A stretch of DNA of 64,000 nucleotides from Candidatus Woesearchaeota archaeon. Lineage in GTDB: Archaea; Nanobdellota; Nanobdellia; Woesearchaeales; GW2011-AR9. The translations under genes were made by a program, and so were the position numbers. The notes beneath the pieces are model-generated. The model was not told where the DNA came from. It did not search any database and worked only from the letters and a program-made list of their open reading frames with translations. Positions 16,585 to 25,133 of the stretch are shown here, piece by piece. Positions within the stretch are counted from its first letter, which is position 1, and each line of letters starts with the position of its first letter. The stretch spans positions 10,323-74,322 of the forward strand of contig JACPCD010000005.1 of NCBI GenBank assembly GCA_016179955.1, given 5' to 3'.

Positions 16585-17322
16585 ATGGCAGCCAGCACCA
16601 AACTATCCCTCATTGTTCCCTGTTATAACGAAGAGCGTGGCATTCAGAATCTCTATCATCAGCTTGCGCCCGTACTCGATAAATTAGAAAAGGAATATTC
16701 CCTTGAAGTTATTTTCGTAGACGATGGGAGCAAGGATCAGACCGTTGCGCTTCTCCAGCAATTCTTTAGCGGGAAAAAGTATGTTCAAATTGTCCGCCAT
16801 GAGGTAAACAAAAACTTGGGCGCTGCCGTCCGCACCGGTTTTGCTCATGCAACCGGTGACATCATCATCACCATGGATAGCGATTGCACCTACGATCCGC
16901 AGGGCATTTTTCCCATGCTCCAGCTTTTGGACCGTGGTACTTCGATCGTGACTGCTTCTCCTTACCATCCTTTAGGCGGCATCCGAAATGTGCCGAAGTA
17001 CCGCCTATTTTTAAGCAAGTCTATTACGGGCATCTATCGTTTCCTGACTGGGGCAAAAATCTACACTTTTACCGCCCTGTTCCGGGCGCAGCGGAAAGAA
17101 GTGGTGCAGAACATCCTTTTTAAGTCTAATGATTTTCTGGCCACCGCCGAAATTCTAGTTTCCGCTCTAAACCAAGGCCATCATGTAAAAGAATACCCCA
17201 TGGTCCTCAGCGTACGGGAGTTTGGTGAGTCCAAGATGAAACTATTGAATGTCATTTGGAGCCATCTTAAATTTGCGACGAGTTTAGTTCCCCAAAGAAT
17301 AAAAAGGGGTTTAAAGCCATAG
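16585..17322 (+). CDS. GT2 polyprenyl-phosphate glycosyltransferase (DPM1/ArnC-like)
   Basis: LSLIVPCYNEE...FVDDGSKDQT...MDSDCTYDP (GT-A DxD region). 245 aa, soluble type. Confidence 0.75.
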   Translation: MAASTKLSLIVPCYNEERGIQNLYHQLAPVLDKLEKEYSLEVIFVDDGSKDQTVALLQQFFSGKKYVQIVRHEVNKNLGAAVRTGFAHATGDIIITMDSDCTYDPQGIFPMLQLLDRGTSIVTASPYHPLGGIRNVPKYRLFLSKSITGIYRFLTGAKIYTFTALFRAQRKEVVQNILFKSNDFLATAEILVSALNQGHHVKEYPMVLSVREFGESKMKLLNVIWSHLKFATSLVPQRIKRGLKP

Positions 17323-17328
17323 TTTCTA

Positions 17329-18438
17329 ATGAATTCACTGAAGATATGCACTGTTCTGGGCACCCGGCCGGAAATTACCAAATTGTCTCCCTTACTCCCG
17401 CTGCTCGATCAGGAATTTAACCATTGTATCATTCATACCGGCCAGCATTATGATTATGCCCTGGATGGTGTTTTCTTCAAAGAATTACATCTGCCAGCTC
17501 CCCAATACCAACTAAACATCGGTTCTCATTCCCAGGGAAAGCAAACCGGACGAATGCTTGAAAAGATAGAAGAAGTATTAGTGCAAGAGCAGCCAGGATT
17601 AGTCATCGTTGAAGGCGATACAAATACTACTATGGCCGGCGCGTTAGCCGCTGCTAAATTACATATTCCCGTCATGCACGTGGAATCCGGCTGCCGTTCC
17701 TTTAACCGAAAAATGCCGGAAGAGATTAATCGCATCGTGGCTGATCATAGCGCGGAGTATCTCATTGCTCCGGATGAGGATAGTGTCAAAAATCTGCAGC
17801 AGGAAGGGATTCCTTCTCAAAAAGTTTTTTTGTTGGGCAGTACCGTTTTTGATGCCGTGGAACGAACCAAGACCTTCATTCAGCCGGAACACGTTTTGAG
17901 CCAATGGGGATTGTCGAAAAATGGATTTATTCTGGTGACCCTGCATCGTGCCGAGACGACTGACAATATGGAAGTTATTACAAATATTGTCCAGGCATTA
18001 AATACCCTCGCCTTGAATATTCCCATTGTCTTTCCCATCCATCCGCGGACCCGAAAGACCATTACGGAAAATGCCATTACTTTCAATAACAATATTCTTT
18101 CCATTGATCCCCAACCCTATTTGTCATTCCTGGCCTTGCTTTCTGCCTGCCGATTTTGCATAACTGATAGTGGGGGTATCCAAGAAGAAGCATTGGCTTT
18201 CAATGTTCCTTGCTTAATCCCCAGAACCGAGACTGAATGGGTGCGCTTAGTTCGTGCCGGTAAGAACTTGTTGGTTGGTGTTAAAACTGAGGGCATACTC
18301 TCAGCCGCCAGAAAAATTATTGAGGATGAAACTGAACTACGGAAAATTAAAGAAACACGCTATCCTTACGATATCGGCACCAGTAAAAAAATAATAGAGC
18401 TTATACAAACCATTGACCATGATCCATCCCACCGCTGA
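17329..18438 (+). CDS. wecB: UDP-N-acetylglucosamine 2-epimerase (non-hydrolysing family)
   Basis: [42 protein letters not shown] motifs. Confidence 0.85.
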   Translation: MNSLKICTVLGTRPEITKLSPLLPLLDQEFNHCIIHTGQHYDYALDGVFFKELHLPAPQYQLNIGSHSQGKQTGRMLEKIEEVLVQEQPGLVIVEGDTNTTMAGALAAAKLHIPVMHVESGCRSFNRKMPEEINRIVADHSAEYLIAPDEDSVKNLQQEGIPSQKVFLLGSTVFDAVERTKTFIQPEHVLSQWGLSKNGFILVTLHRAETTDNMEVITNIVQALNTLALNIPIVFPIHPRTRKTITENAITFNNNILSIDPQPYLSFLALLSACRFCITDSGGIQEEALAFNVPCLIPRTETEWVRLVRAGKNLLVGVKTEGILSAARKIIEDETELRKIKETRYPYDIGTSKKIIELIQTIDHDPSHR

Positions 18439-18964
18439 CGTTTCTCCTGCTGCCATTATAGGGCTGAATGTGCGTATTTGGCACCAGGCGCAGGTACGGG
18501 AAGGCGCCGTTATCGGAGATAACTGTATTGTAGCCAAAGGCGCCTATATCGATAAGAACGTGATGATGGGGGATAACTGCAAGATTCAGAATTATTCTTC
18601 TTTGTATCATGGTGTGGTGCTCGAGCGGGGCGTTTTTATCGGTCCGCATTGCGTTTTAACCAATGATAAGCATCCCCGAGCTATAACGTCAGATGGTTCT
18701 TTAAAACAAGAAACGGATTGGAAAGAAGGAAAGATTCTGGTTCGGGAAGGGGCATCTCTTGGCGCGAGAGTAGTCGTGCTCCCGGGCATCACCATCGGGA
18801 GATTCGCTATGGTGGGCGCTGGTTCTGTCGTTACCAAATACGTTCCTGATTTTGGGCTAGTGTATGGCAATCCAGCGAGGTTGCAAGGGTATGTATGCAA
18901 ATGCGGCCAGAAGTTAGACGCTGGAAAAAATGCCGGAGAAGCATGTATTCAATGCTCCCGTTAA
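18413..18964 (+). CDS. Left-handed beta-helix (hexapeptide) N-acetyltransferase, WbpD/WlbB-like, with a C-terminal Cys4 ribbon
   Basis: Hexapeptide repeats throughout. C-terminal CKCGQKL...CIQC. Confidence 0.7.
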   Translation: MTMIHPTADVSPAAIIGLNVRIWHQAQVREGAVIGDNCIVAKGAYIDKNVMMGDNCKIQNYSSLYHGVVLERGVFIGPHCVLTNDKHPRAITSDGSLKQETDWKEGKILVREGASLGARVVVLPGITIGRFAMVGAGSVVTKYVPDFGLVYGNPARLQGYVCKCGQKLDAGKNAGEACIQCSR

Positions 18965-18980
18965 CCTTAGGGACAATGAG

Positions 18981-19988
18981 TCATGGCATCCGGAGGGCAT
19001 TATAAAAAAATTCTGCTTCCTTCTTCAGTTTCTCGCTGCTTTCCTTGTTGTTCTCCAATATTAATGCTTTTACCCCTGCATTTACCAATTGTTGCATTGA
19101 TTTCTGAGGATCAAGCACTGTATACATCTCATCCTCACCATCGGTTATAAACGTGTGAGATTTAAACCACTGGGCAACTTTCTTTTTCCCATTTATCATT
19201 ATCGGAAGTGCATAAGAAAATTTTTCATAACCTGGTTGATTACCCTGCCAGTCCGCTAAGGTTAATGCTTTCTCATCAAATGCTTTAATTATTCTTCCAT
19301 CCGGAAGGCTTACGCGTTGGTCCATGCCTTGGGTTTCTGGTTTTTTCTGCTCGGCTACAAATACGTGCCCGTTGGTGTGGACAACTGGAGCCAAGTAACC
19401 AGAATCAATTATTTCCTGTACTGCTCCATAATACCACGTTGCAGATTCCGGTGGTATTTTGGTAGAGTATGTTCCATCCGCTAGACAGGTAACGTCCAGC
19501 GGTTTTTGAAGTGATTGCAGATAAACTCCGGTCTGAAACAAGTGGCATATATCAATAAGAACTTTCGACTCCGCAGATTGCGCCAATGTTATCAAGTCTT
19601 TTGGAAAAGCAGTATTTGCCTCCAATGCTGCCGGTGACGTTGCCGGAAGTGCTTCAATAGCTTTGTGTTCGTATCGTAATCGTTGAAGTCGTTCAATCTT
19701 CTCCTTAAATCCATCAACGGCAACATATATTGCTCCAAAAGGCGAATTTTTACCTAGGTCCGACAGGAAATTCAATCGATCCAAAAGTTCAATCCAGCGC
19801 TGTTCTTCTTCCTTACCCTTAAGGTCAATGCTGGTGGGGAATAAACCTGCCCGTGCTTCTTCCTCTAGAGCATTCCAATCCTCTCGACGAGCGATCACTG
19901 CCTCATAAACTGAAAAGCCCGCTTTCTTTAAATTCTCGGTTTGCTTCCCGGGTCTTGCTTTTCCACCTATTGTAAAATCAAGGGGCAT
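18981..19988 (-). CDS. Hypothetical protein (335 aa), no family recognised
   Basis: Long ORF with its own TATA plus decamer promoter, and the only minus-strand gene inside a plus-strand run. The DICH and ILEN motifs faintly recall TIM-barrel sugar isomerases but occur in the wrong order. Confidence 0.5.
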   Translation of the reverse strand: MPLDFTIGGKARPGKQTENLKKAGFSVYEAVIARREDWNALEEEARAGLFPTSIDLKGKEEEQRWIELLDRLNFLSDLGKNSPFGAIYVAVDGFKEKIERLQRLRYEHKAIEALPATSPAALEANTAFPKDLITLAQSAESKVLIDICHLFQTGVYLQSLQKPLDVTCLADGTYSTKIPPESATWYYGAVQEIIDSGYLAPVVHTNGHVFVAEQKKPETQGMDQRVSLPDGRIIKAFDEKALTLADWQGNQPGYEKFSYALPIMINGKKKVAQWFKSHTFITDGEDEMYTVLDPQKSMQQLVNAGVKALILENNKESSEKLKKEAEFFYNALRMP

Positions 19989-20010
19989 CGTATTCTGCCA
20001 ACGGGGCTAT

Positions 20011-20030
20011 TTTTTAATGTTTCTGGAACA
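20011..20030 (-). promoter_or_regulatory. TATA-like box (20011-20018) + 2 nt + conserved decamer TTCTGGAACA (20021-20030; reads TGTTCCAGAA on the transcribed orientation)
   Basis: TATA centre is 26.5 nt from ATG 19988. Same architecture at 32283, 50317 and 55442. Confidence 0.55.
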
Positions 20031-20074
20031 AAAATCGGGCCCTGTAAACGCCCCTATACCTTAGTTACCCAACC

Positions 20075-20082
20075 TTTATAAA
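20075..20082 (+). promoter_or_regulatory. TATA-like box TTTATAAA for the aminotransferase operon
   Basis: Centre is 28.5 nt upstream of ATG 20107. Confidence 0.55.
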
Positions 20083-20106
20083 TCAATTTTATGCTTTTTG
20101 TCCTGC

Positions 20107-21186
20107 ATGATTCCTATTGCCAAACCTCTTCTGGGGGCGGAAGAACAGGCGGCAGTGCTCCACGTGTTAAACTCAGGCATGCTGGCTCAAGGCCAAAAAG
20201 TCGCGGAATTCGAGCAGGCCTTTGCTCAATTCATTGGCGTACGCCATGCTATCGCCACGTCCAATGGCACTACGGCGTTGCATGCTGCTGTACTGGCTCA
20301 CGGCATCGGTCCGGGAGATGAAGTCATAACCACCCCTTTTACTTTTATTGCTACTGCCAATGCCATTAAAATGGCTGGCGCTACTCCGGTCTTTGTGGAT
20401 ATTGATGAGGATACTTTCAACCTCAACGCTTCTCTTATTGAAGCGGCCATTACTTCCAAAACTAAAGCCATTCTTCCCGTCCACTTGTTTGGACTGCCAG
20501 CGGAGATGGACAAGCTCCAGTCGATAGCTCGAAAGCATAACATAGTCATAATTGAAGATGCCGCTCAGGCGCATGGCGCAGAATTTCAAGGAAAAAAAGT
20601 GGGTTCGTTTGCAACTGGCTGTTTTTCATTCTATCCTACCAAGAACATGACCACCGGAGAAGGGGGCATGATTACAACTAACGATAATCAATTGGCGGAA
20701 AGATTACGCAAAATAATTAACCACGGCTCAACCCAAAAATATGTTCATGATTCTGTTGGCTATAATTATCGTATGACTGATATTGCGGCCGCTATTGGGA
20801 TAGAACAATTAAAGAAACTAGAATCATTCAACCAAAAACGACGGGCGAACGTGCGCTATCTCCACCAGAAACTTGCTTCCATACCTGGAATAATCTTCCC
20901 TAGTCTTACTGAGGGGCATGTTTTCCACCAATACACCATTAGAGTAACGCCAAAATTCAGAGTGTCACGAGATATCTTTCTCAAATCTTTGGTGGAGAAA
21001 GGCATTGGCTGTTCTATTTTTTATCCCATACCAATCCATAAGCAGAAAGCATATGTCCCGTACGGGTCTTCTACGTACCCCGTCGCGGAAAGAATGGCGC
21101 AGGAAGTACTCTCGCTCCCTATCCACCCCACCGTTTCGGAAACGGATTTGGATACCATTGCTGCTGCTATCCGGGGGCTGGCATGA
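20107..21186 (+). CDS. DegT-family sugar aminotransferase (WbpE-like)
   Basis: MIPIAKPLLGAEE..., SNGTTALH, and FSFYPTKNMTTGEGG with the Lys. The track start at 20098 is a TTG; ATG 20107 fits the leaderless geometry. Confidence 0.85.
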   Translation: MIPIAKPLLGAEEQAAVLHVLNSGMLAQGQKVAEFEQAFAQFIGVRHAIATSNGTTALHAAVLAHGIGPGDEVITTPFTFIATANAIKMAGATPVFVDIDEDTFNLNASLIEAAITSKTKAILPVHLFGLPAEMDKLQSIARKHNIVIIEDAAQAHGAEFQGKKVGSFATGCFSFYPTKNMTTGEGGMITTNDNQLAERLRKIINHGSTQKYVHDSVGYNYRMTDIAAAIGIEQLKKLESFNQKRRANVRYLHQKLASIPGIIFPSLTEGHVFHQYTIRVTPKFRVSRDIFLKSLVEKGIGCSIFYPIPIHKQKAYVPYGSSTYPVAERMAQEVLSLPIHPTVSETDLDTIAAAIRGLA

Positions 21187-22163
21187 CCAGAGTGGCAGTC
21201 ATCGGCTTGGGAAATATGGGCAAGCATCATGCCCGGAATTATTTTGAGATGGAAACAGCAGAATTGATTGCCGTCTGCGACGTAAACCAGGAGCTGGCCA
21301 ATACCGCTGCTAAGAGATTTTCATGCAAGGCGTACCATGACTATAAAGATCTGCTGAAGAATGAGCAGATTGACGCCGTAAGTATCGCTGTTCCCACCCA
21401 TCTTCACCAGGAAGTAGCTTTATATTTTCTGGGGCAAAAGATTGATGTGCTTATTGAAAAACCGATTGCCGCCACCATTCAGGATGCCGAAGCGATAATC
21501 CGTGCCGCTCAAGAAAACAACTGCATCCTGCAAGTGGGCCATGTGGAACGGTTTAATCCTGCCGTCAAAAAGTTAAAAGAAATAATTCAGCAGGGAAAAT
21601 TGGGAGAGGTAACTTCTATCATTGCCCGCCGGGTAGGAACGGTTCCAGTTCAAGTCCGGGACGCCAACGTTCTTATCGATCTGGCAGTCCACGATATTGA
21701 CATCATTAATTATCTCTACGGCTCCAGCGCAGAGAAAATCATGGGGAATATTGGAAAGGCCATGATCGAGAAACGGGAAGATTATGCCGAAATTTTCCTC
21801 AAATATGGCAATCGTTCCGGCTTTATTCAAGTCAACTGGATTACACCTATAAAGATTCGTAATCTTAGCGTCACGGGCAGCAAAGGCTATGCGGAACTGA
21901 ATTATATTACGCAGGAATTAGTCATTTATGAAAGCAATTACACCCGGGAGATGGTTGATGAGTATGGCGATTATGTGGTGAAGTTTGGCCTTCCGAACAA
22001 AACTCAGGTGGGAGTTGAGACTGTTGAGCCCCTTTTAATCGAGCTACAGGACTTTGTGCGCTGCGTGAAAAAGAGAGAACAGCCTTTAGTAAACGGGGAG
22101 ATGGGGTTACAGGCCCTCTCTGTTGCCTTGCAGGTGATGCGTCAGGATTCTGTTATTCAATAA
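21183..22163 (+). CDS. Gfo/Idh/MocA NAD-dependent sugar oxidoreductase (WbpB-like)
   Basis: VAVIGLGNMGKHH Rossmann motif and the EKP motif. ATGA overlap with the aminotransferase gene. Confidence 0.8.
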   Translation: MTRVAVIGLGNMGKHHARNYFEMETAELIAVCDVNQELANTAAKRFSCKAYHDYKDLLKNEQIDAVSIAVPTHLHQEVALYFLGQKIDVLIEKPIAATIQDAEAIIRAAQENNCILQVGHVERFNPAVKKLKEIIQQGKLGEVTSIIARRVGTVPVQVRDANVLIDLAVHDIDIINYLYGSSAEKIMGNIGKAMIEKREDYAEIFLKYGNRSGFIQVNWITPIKIRNLSVTGSKGYAELNYITQELVIYESNYTREMVDEYGDYVVKFGLPNKTQVGVETVEPLLIELQDFVRCVKKREQPLVNGEMGLQALSVALQVMRQDSVIQ

Positions 22164-22171
22164 GGTACGCC

Positions 22172-23869
22172 ATGGAAAAGAAAACTATATTCTTGATTAT
22201 CTTTGCCATTTTCATCTTTGGGATCCGCCTGGCAAATATCAACGAGGCTCTTTATGATGATGAAGCTAATTTTGCGTATTCACTGACGGTGATGGATAAA
22301 TGGGGTTTCAATCATGATTACCCGTCCCCACAGCCACTTAACTTGATTTATAAGCCATTTATTGCTGTATTTGGGCTGGAAACGTGGGTTTTTCGTATAG
22401 TTCCCTGGCTGTTTGGGATAATCAATACGCTCTTAGTCTATTTTTTTGCGCGAAGGCATTGGGACGAAAAAGTTGCTTTTTGGGCAACTCTTCTGATGTT
22501 AGTCTCATTTTATCCCACGCTGGCATCGCTGCAGTTTGATGTAGAGGGTAATTTAGTCATGTTTTCGATTATCCTATTCATTTTTTCGTACTTGGAATAT
22601 AAAAAGAATATCGAGAATAAGAAACGCCTTTTTTGGCAGATAATTTCTGGAATTGGGTTGGGGCTGGCTGTCGCAACAAAGTACAATTCTTTTTTTCTGG
22701 CCGCCGTTCCCGCTTTATATTCCTTTTTTATGGATAGTGACAGGTTTCTCCTGCGACTAAAAAAAGCCATAAAAGATATCTATTTTATCTATTTTATTGG
22801 TTTAATCATTTTTATAGGAATTACATTTATGGGCTTCATCGCCTCCCCGGAAAAGTGGCTTTACTTTGTACCAATTATTTCTTGGGCAGATGGATTTGGG
22901 ACCGACTATCGGCCGCAATCCATTGGTCTTTTAGGCCCCATGTTATTTTTTTTATGGTCAACGCCATTGCTCTTTGGTTTTTATATTTTATCCTTCTTTC
23001 AGGAGCGGAAGAAAATTCTACTCCCACTTATTTGGGTTACTCTCACCCTCTTATTTTATACTTTTGGCATGACCTATGGTTCGATGGATCGTTATTTTAT
23101 GCATACCATTCCGGCTCTGGTGATTCTTGGTGGATACTTTTTATCAAAAATTTCTTTTCAGCGCAAAGAGATTGCTGTTTGGTCGTTCCTTATAATAATC
23201 TGGACCACCTTTCTCTTTCTGGTCAATTCTTTACCTTCAAAATCACTTGCCCGTTTTCCCTCCATTTATTTTGAAGAGATTAAACATAGGAATATAAACT
23301 TCTTGTTCTCCTATACTTCTGCCTCCGGCCCTACTTTCGGAGTCAATTTTGCAACTGTCTTTGTAACTTCAGTAATTGCTCTTCTGTGTATTTTTTTCTA
23401 TATTTTAGCAGTTGAAAAAATGACTTCCCGGGCTTTCATTTTAATATTCTTCCTGGCCACCTTGTCTTTTAATATTTTCCTGGTCTCCGAATACCTATTC
23501 CACCCTACCGGCGCTGATATTAGCGGAGTGAAGTTAGAAATGGTTCAATATGTCAAAGAGCAGGAATTAAAAAAACCAATTTATACTAATGATGAAGGAA
23601 TCCAATGGTATTTTGATCATTGGTATAAAAATAAAAATAATCTCACCCTCGGTTTTGGGGATAATGAGCTTGAGGATGTGCCAATCGTACTTAAAGATAG
23701 CATTGCCAACCAAGGAGGTACGATTATTTTAGTTCGTTGGCCACCCCTTCCATCCGGAAGTACAGCTTTAAAAGTGATCAAGCTCTGTACGTTGCAGAAA
23801 CAGTTTTATTCAAATAGGGAAACTTTTGGAGAAATTTACCTATGTCAGCCGGATTATCGGATAATTTAA
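22172..23869 (+). CDS. GT-C fold membrane glycosyltransferase (ArnT/GT39/GT83-like), second copy
   Basis: 565 aa, polytopic. First-loop acidic motif EALYDDEANFAY. Soluble C-terminal domain. Confidence 0.65.
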   Translation: MEKKTIFLIIFAIFIFGIRLANINEALYDDEANFAYSLTVMDKWGFNHDYPSPQPLNLIYKPFIAVFGLETWVFRIVPWLFGIINTLLVYFFARRHWDEKVAFWATLLMLVSFYPTLASLQFDVEGNLVMFSIILFIFSYLEYKKNIENKKRLFWQIISGIGLGLAVATKYNSFFLAAVPALYSFFMDSDRFLLRLKKAIKDIYFIYFIGLIIFIGITFMGFIASPEKWLYFVPIISWADGFGTDYRPQSIGLLGPMLFFLWSTPLLFGFYILSFFQERKKILLPLIWVTLTLLFYTFGMTYGSMDRYFMHTIPALVILGGYFLSKISFQRKEIAVWSFLIIIWTTFLFLVNSLPSKSLARFPSIYFEEIKHRNINFLFSYTSASGPTFGVNFATVFVTSVIALLCIFFYILAVEKMTSRAFILIFFLATLSFNIFLVSEYLFHPTGADISGVKLEMVQYVKEQELKKPIYTNDEGIQWYFDHWYKNKNNLTLGFGDNELEDVPIVLKDSIANQGGTIILVRWPPLPSGSTALKVIKLCTLQKQFYSNRETFGEIYLCQPDYRII

Positions 23870-23918
23870 ACTAGATATTCCCTATAGCTTGCTGGGTGGT
23901 AGTTCAATTATGGTTAAT

Positions 23919-23938
23919 TGTTTCGAAAGGTTTAAATG
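23919..23938 (+). promoter_or_regulatory. Degenerate decamer TGTTTCGAAA + 2 nt + TATA-like TTTAAATG
   Basis: TATA centre is 25.5 nt upstream of ATG 23960. The decamer matches TGTTCCAGAA at 7/10 positions. Confidence 0.4.
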
Positions 23939-23959
23939 CGCACCTGCTCCCTCAAAAAT

Positions 23960-25042
23960 ATGCCCGAATTTACTATAAGAACGCCTTCCGGAGAAAGAAT
24001 AATCGGTTCTGGACATCCCGCATTTATAATCGCAGAGATGTCATCCAATCACGGTCAGAATTTTGATACCGCTGTTGAGATAATTAAAGCGGCTGCCAAA
24101 GCAGGAGCCGACGCAATTAAACTGCAGACCTATACTCCGGACACGATGACTATCAACTGCAATACTGAGCATTTTATTGTTGGCGGAAAGGAAACGCCGG
24201 AAGGCTGGAAAGGACAAACACTCTATGAATTATACCAGAAAGCATATACTCCTTGGGAATGGCATGTTCCATTACAGAAGATTGCTGAAGAGTTGGGATT
24301 AGTTTTTTTTTCCACGCCATTTGATGAAACTGCAGTTGATTTTTTGGAGAGTTTAAATGTTCCAATCTATAAAATAGCTTCCTACGAAGTAACGCACCTG
24401 CCCTTGCTCAAGAAAGTGGCTCACACAGGAAAGCCAGTTATTATGTCTGTTGGCTTTGCTACGCTTGATGAAATAGGCCTTGCCGTGAGGATTTTACGGG
24501 AGAATGGTACAAAAGATATTGCCCTTTTGCATTGTGTAACTGCTTATTCTAATGAACCAAACCCTGAAAATATAAACTTGATAACTATGCCCGATATCCA
24601 GTCTCGGTTCAATGTTGTGGTTGGTTTTTCAGACAATAATCACGGGATCGAAATTCCTCTCCAGGCAGTATTAATGGGTGGCAGCATTATAGAAAAGCAT
24701 ATGGTGTTAGACACTTCCAAGAAAACGCTGGATGCTGATTTTTCAATTAATCCTTATGAATTCAAAAATCTTGTTGCTGCGGTTAGAAAATCAGAGAAAA
24801 TACAGGGGGTAGTAAAGTATGGAACCCAATCTTCAACTGAGGAGCATAATAAGCAGTATCGGCGTTCCATTTTTGCAGTTTGCGATATCGCTAAAGGCGA
24901 ATATTTTACGGAAGATAATGTAAAAGTAATTCGACCTGCTGCCGGGTTGGAGCCAAAATACTATGAAATTATTTTGAGCAAAAAGTCCAACCAGGCCATT
25001 AGCCAGGGAACCCCATTGGGGTGGGATTTACTTGCCGACTAG
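23960..25042 (+). CDS. pseI: NeuB-family nonulosonic acid synthase (pseudaminic acid synthase-like) with a C-terminal SAF domain
   Basis: HPAFIIAEMSSNHGQNFDTAVEIIKAAAKAGADAIKLQTYTPDTMT. The track ATG 23936 lies inside the TATA box; ATG 23960 (MPEFTIRT...) is preferred. Confidence 0.75.
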   Translation: MPEFTIRTPSGERIIGSGHPAFIIAEMSSNHGQNFDTAVEIIKAAAKAGADAIKLQTYTPDTMTINCNTEHFIVGGKETPEGWKGQTLYELYQKAYTPWEWHVPLQKIAEELGLVFFSTPFDETAVDFLESLNVPIYKIASYEVTHLPLLKKVAHTGKPVIMSVGFATLDEIGLAVRILRENGTKDIALLHCVTAYSNEPNPENINLITMPDIQSRFNVVVGFSDNNHGIEIPLQAVLMGGSIIEKHMVLDTSKKTLDADFSINPYEFKNLVAAVRKSEKIQGVVKYGTQSSTEEHNKQYRRSIFAVCDIAKGEYFTEDNVKVIRPAAGLEPKYYEIILSKKSNQAISQGTPLGWDLLAD

Positions 25043-25070
25043 AAAATCAGGGGAGTGTTTAAAGAAATAT

Positions 25071-25100
25071 GGGAGAAATAAGAATATTTATTCCTCTCCC
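25071..25100. terminator. Hairpin downstream of the synthase gene (GGGAGA/TCTCCC plus AATAA/TTATT stems, CC bulge)
   Basis: Paired by hand. Lies 29 nt after the stop at 25042. Confidence 0.3.
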
Positions 25101-25133
25101 TGGACGTTACTTTCACTAATGGTTGTTTAGAAA

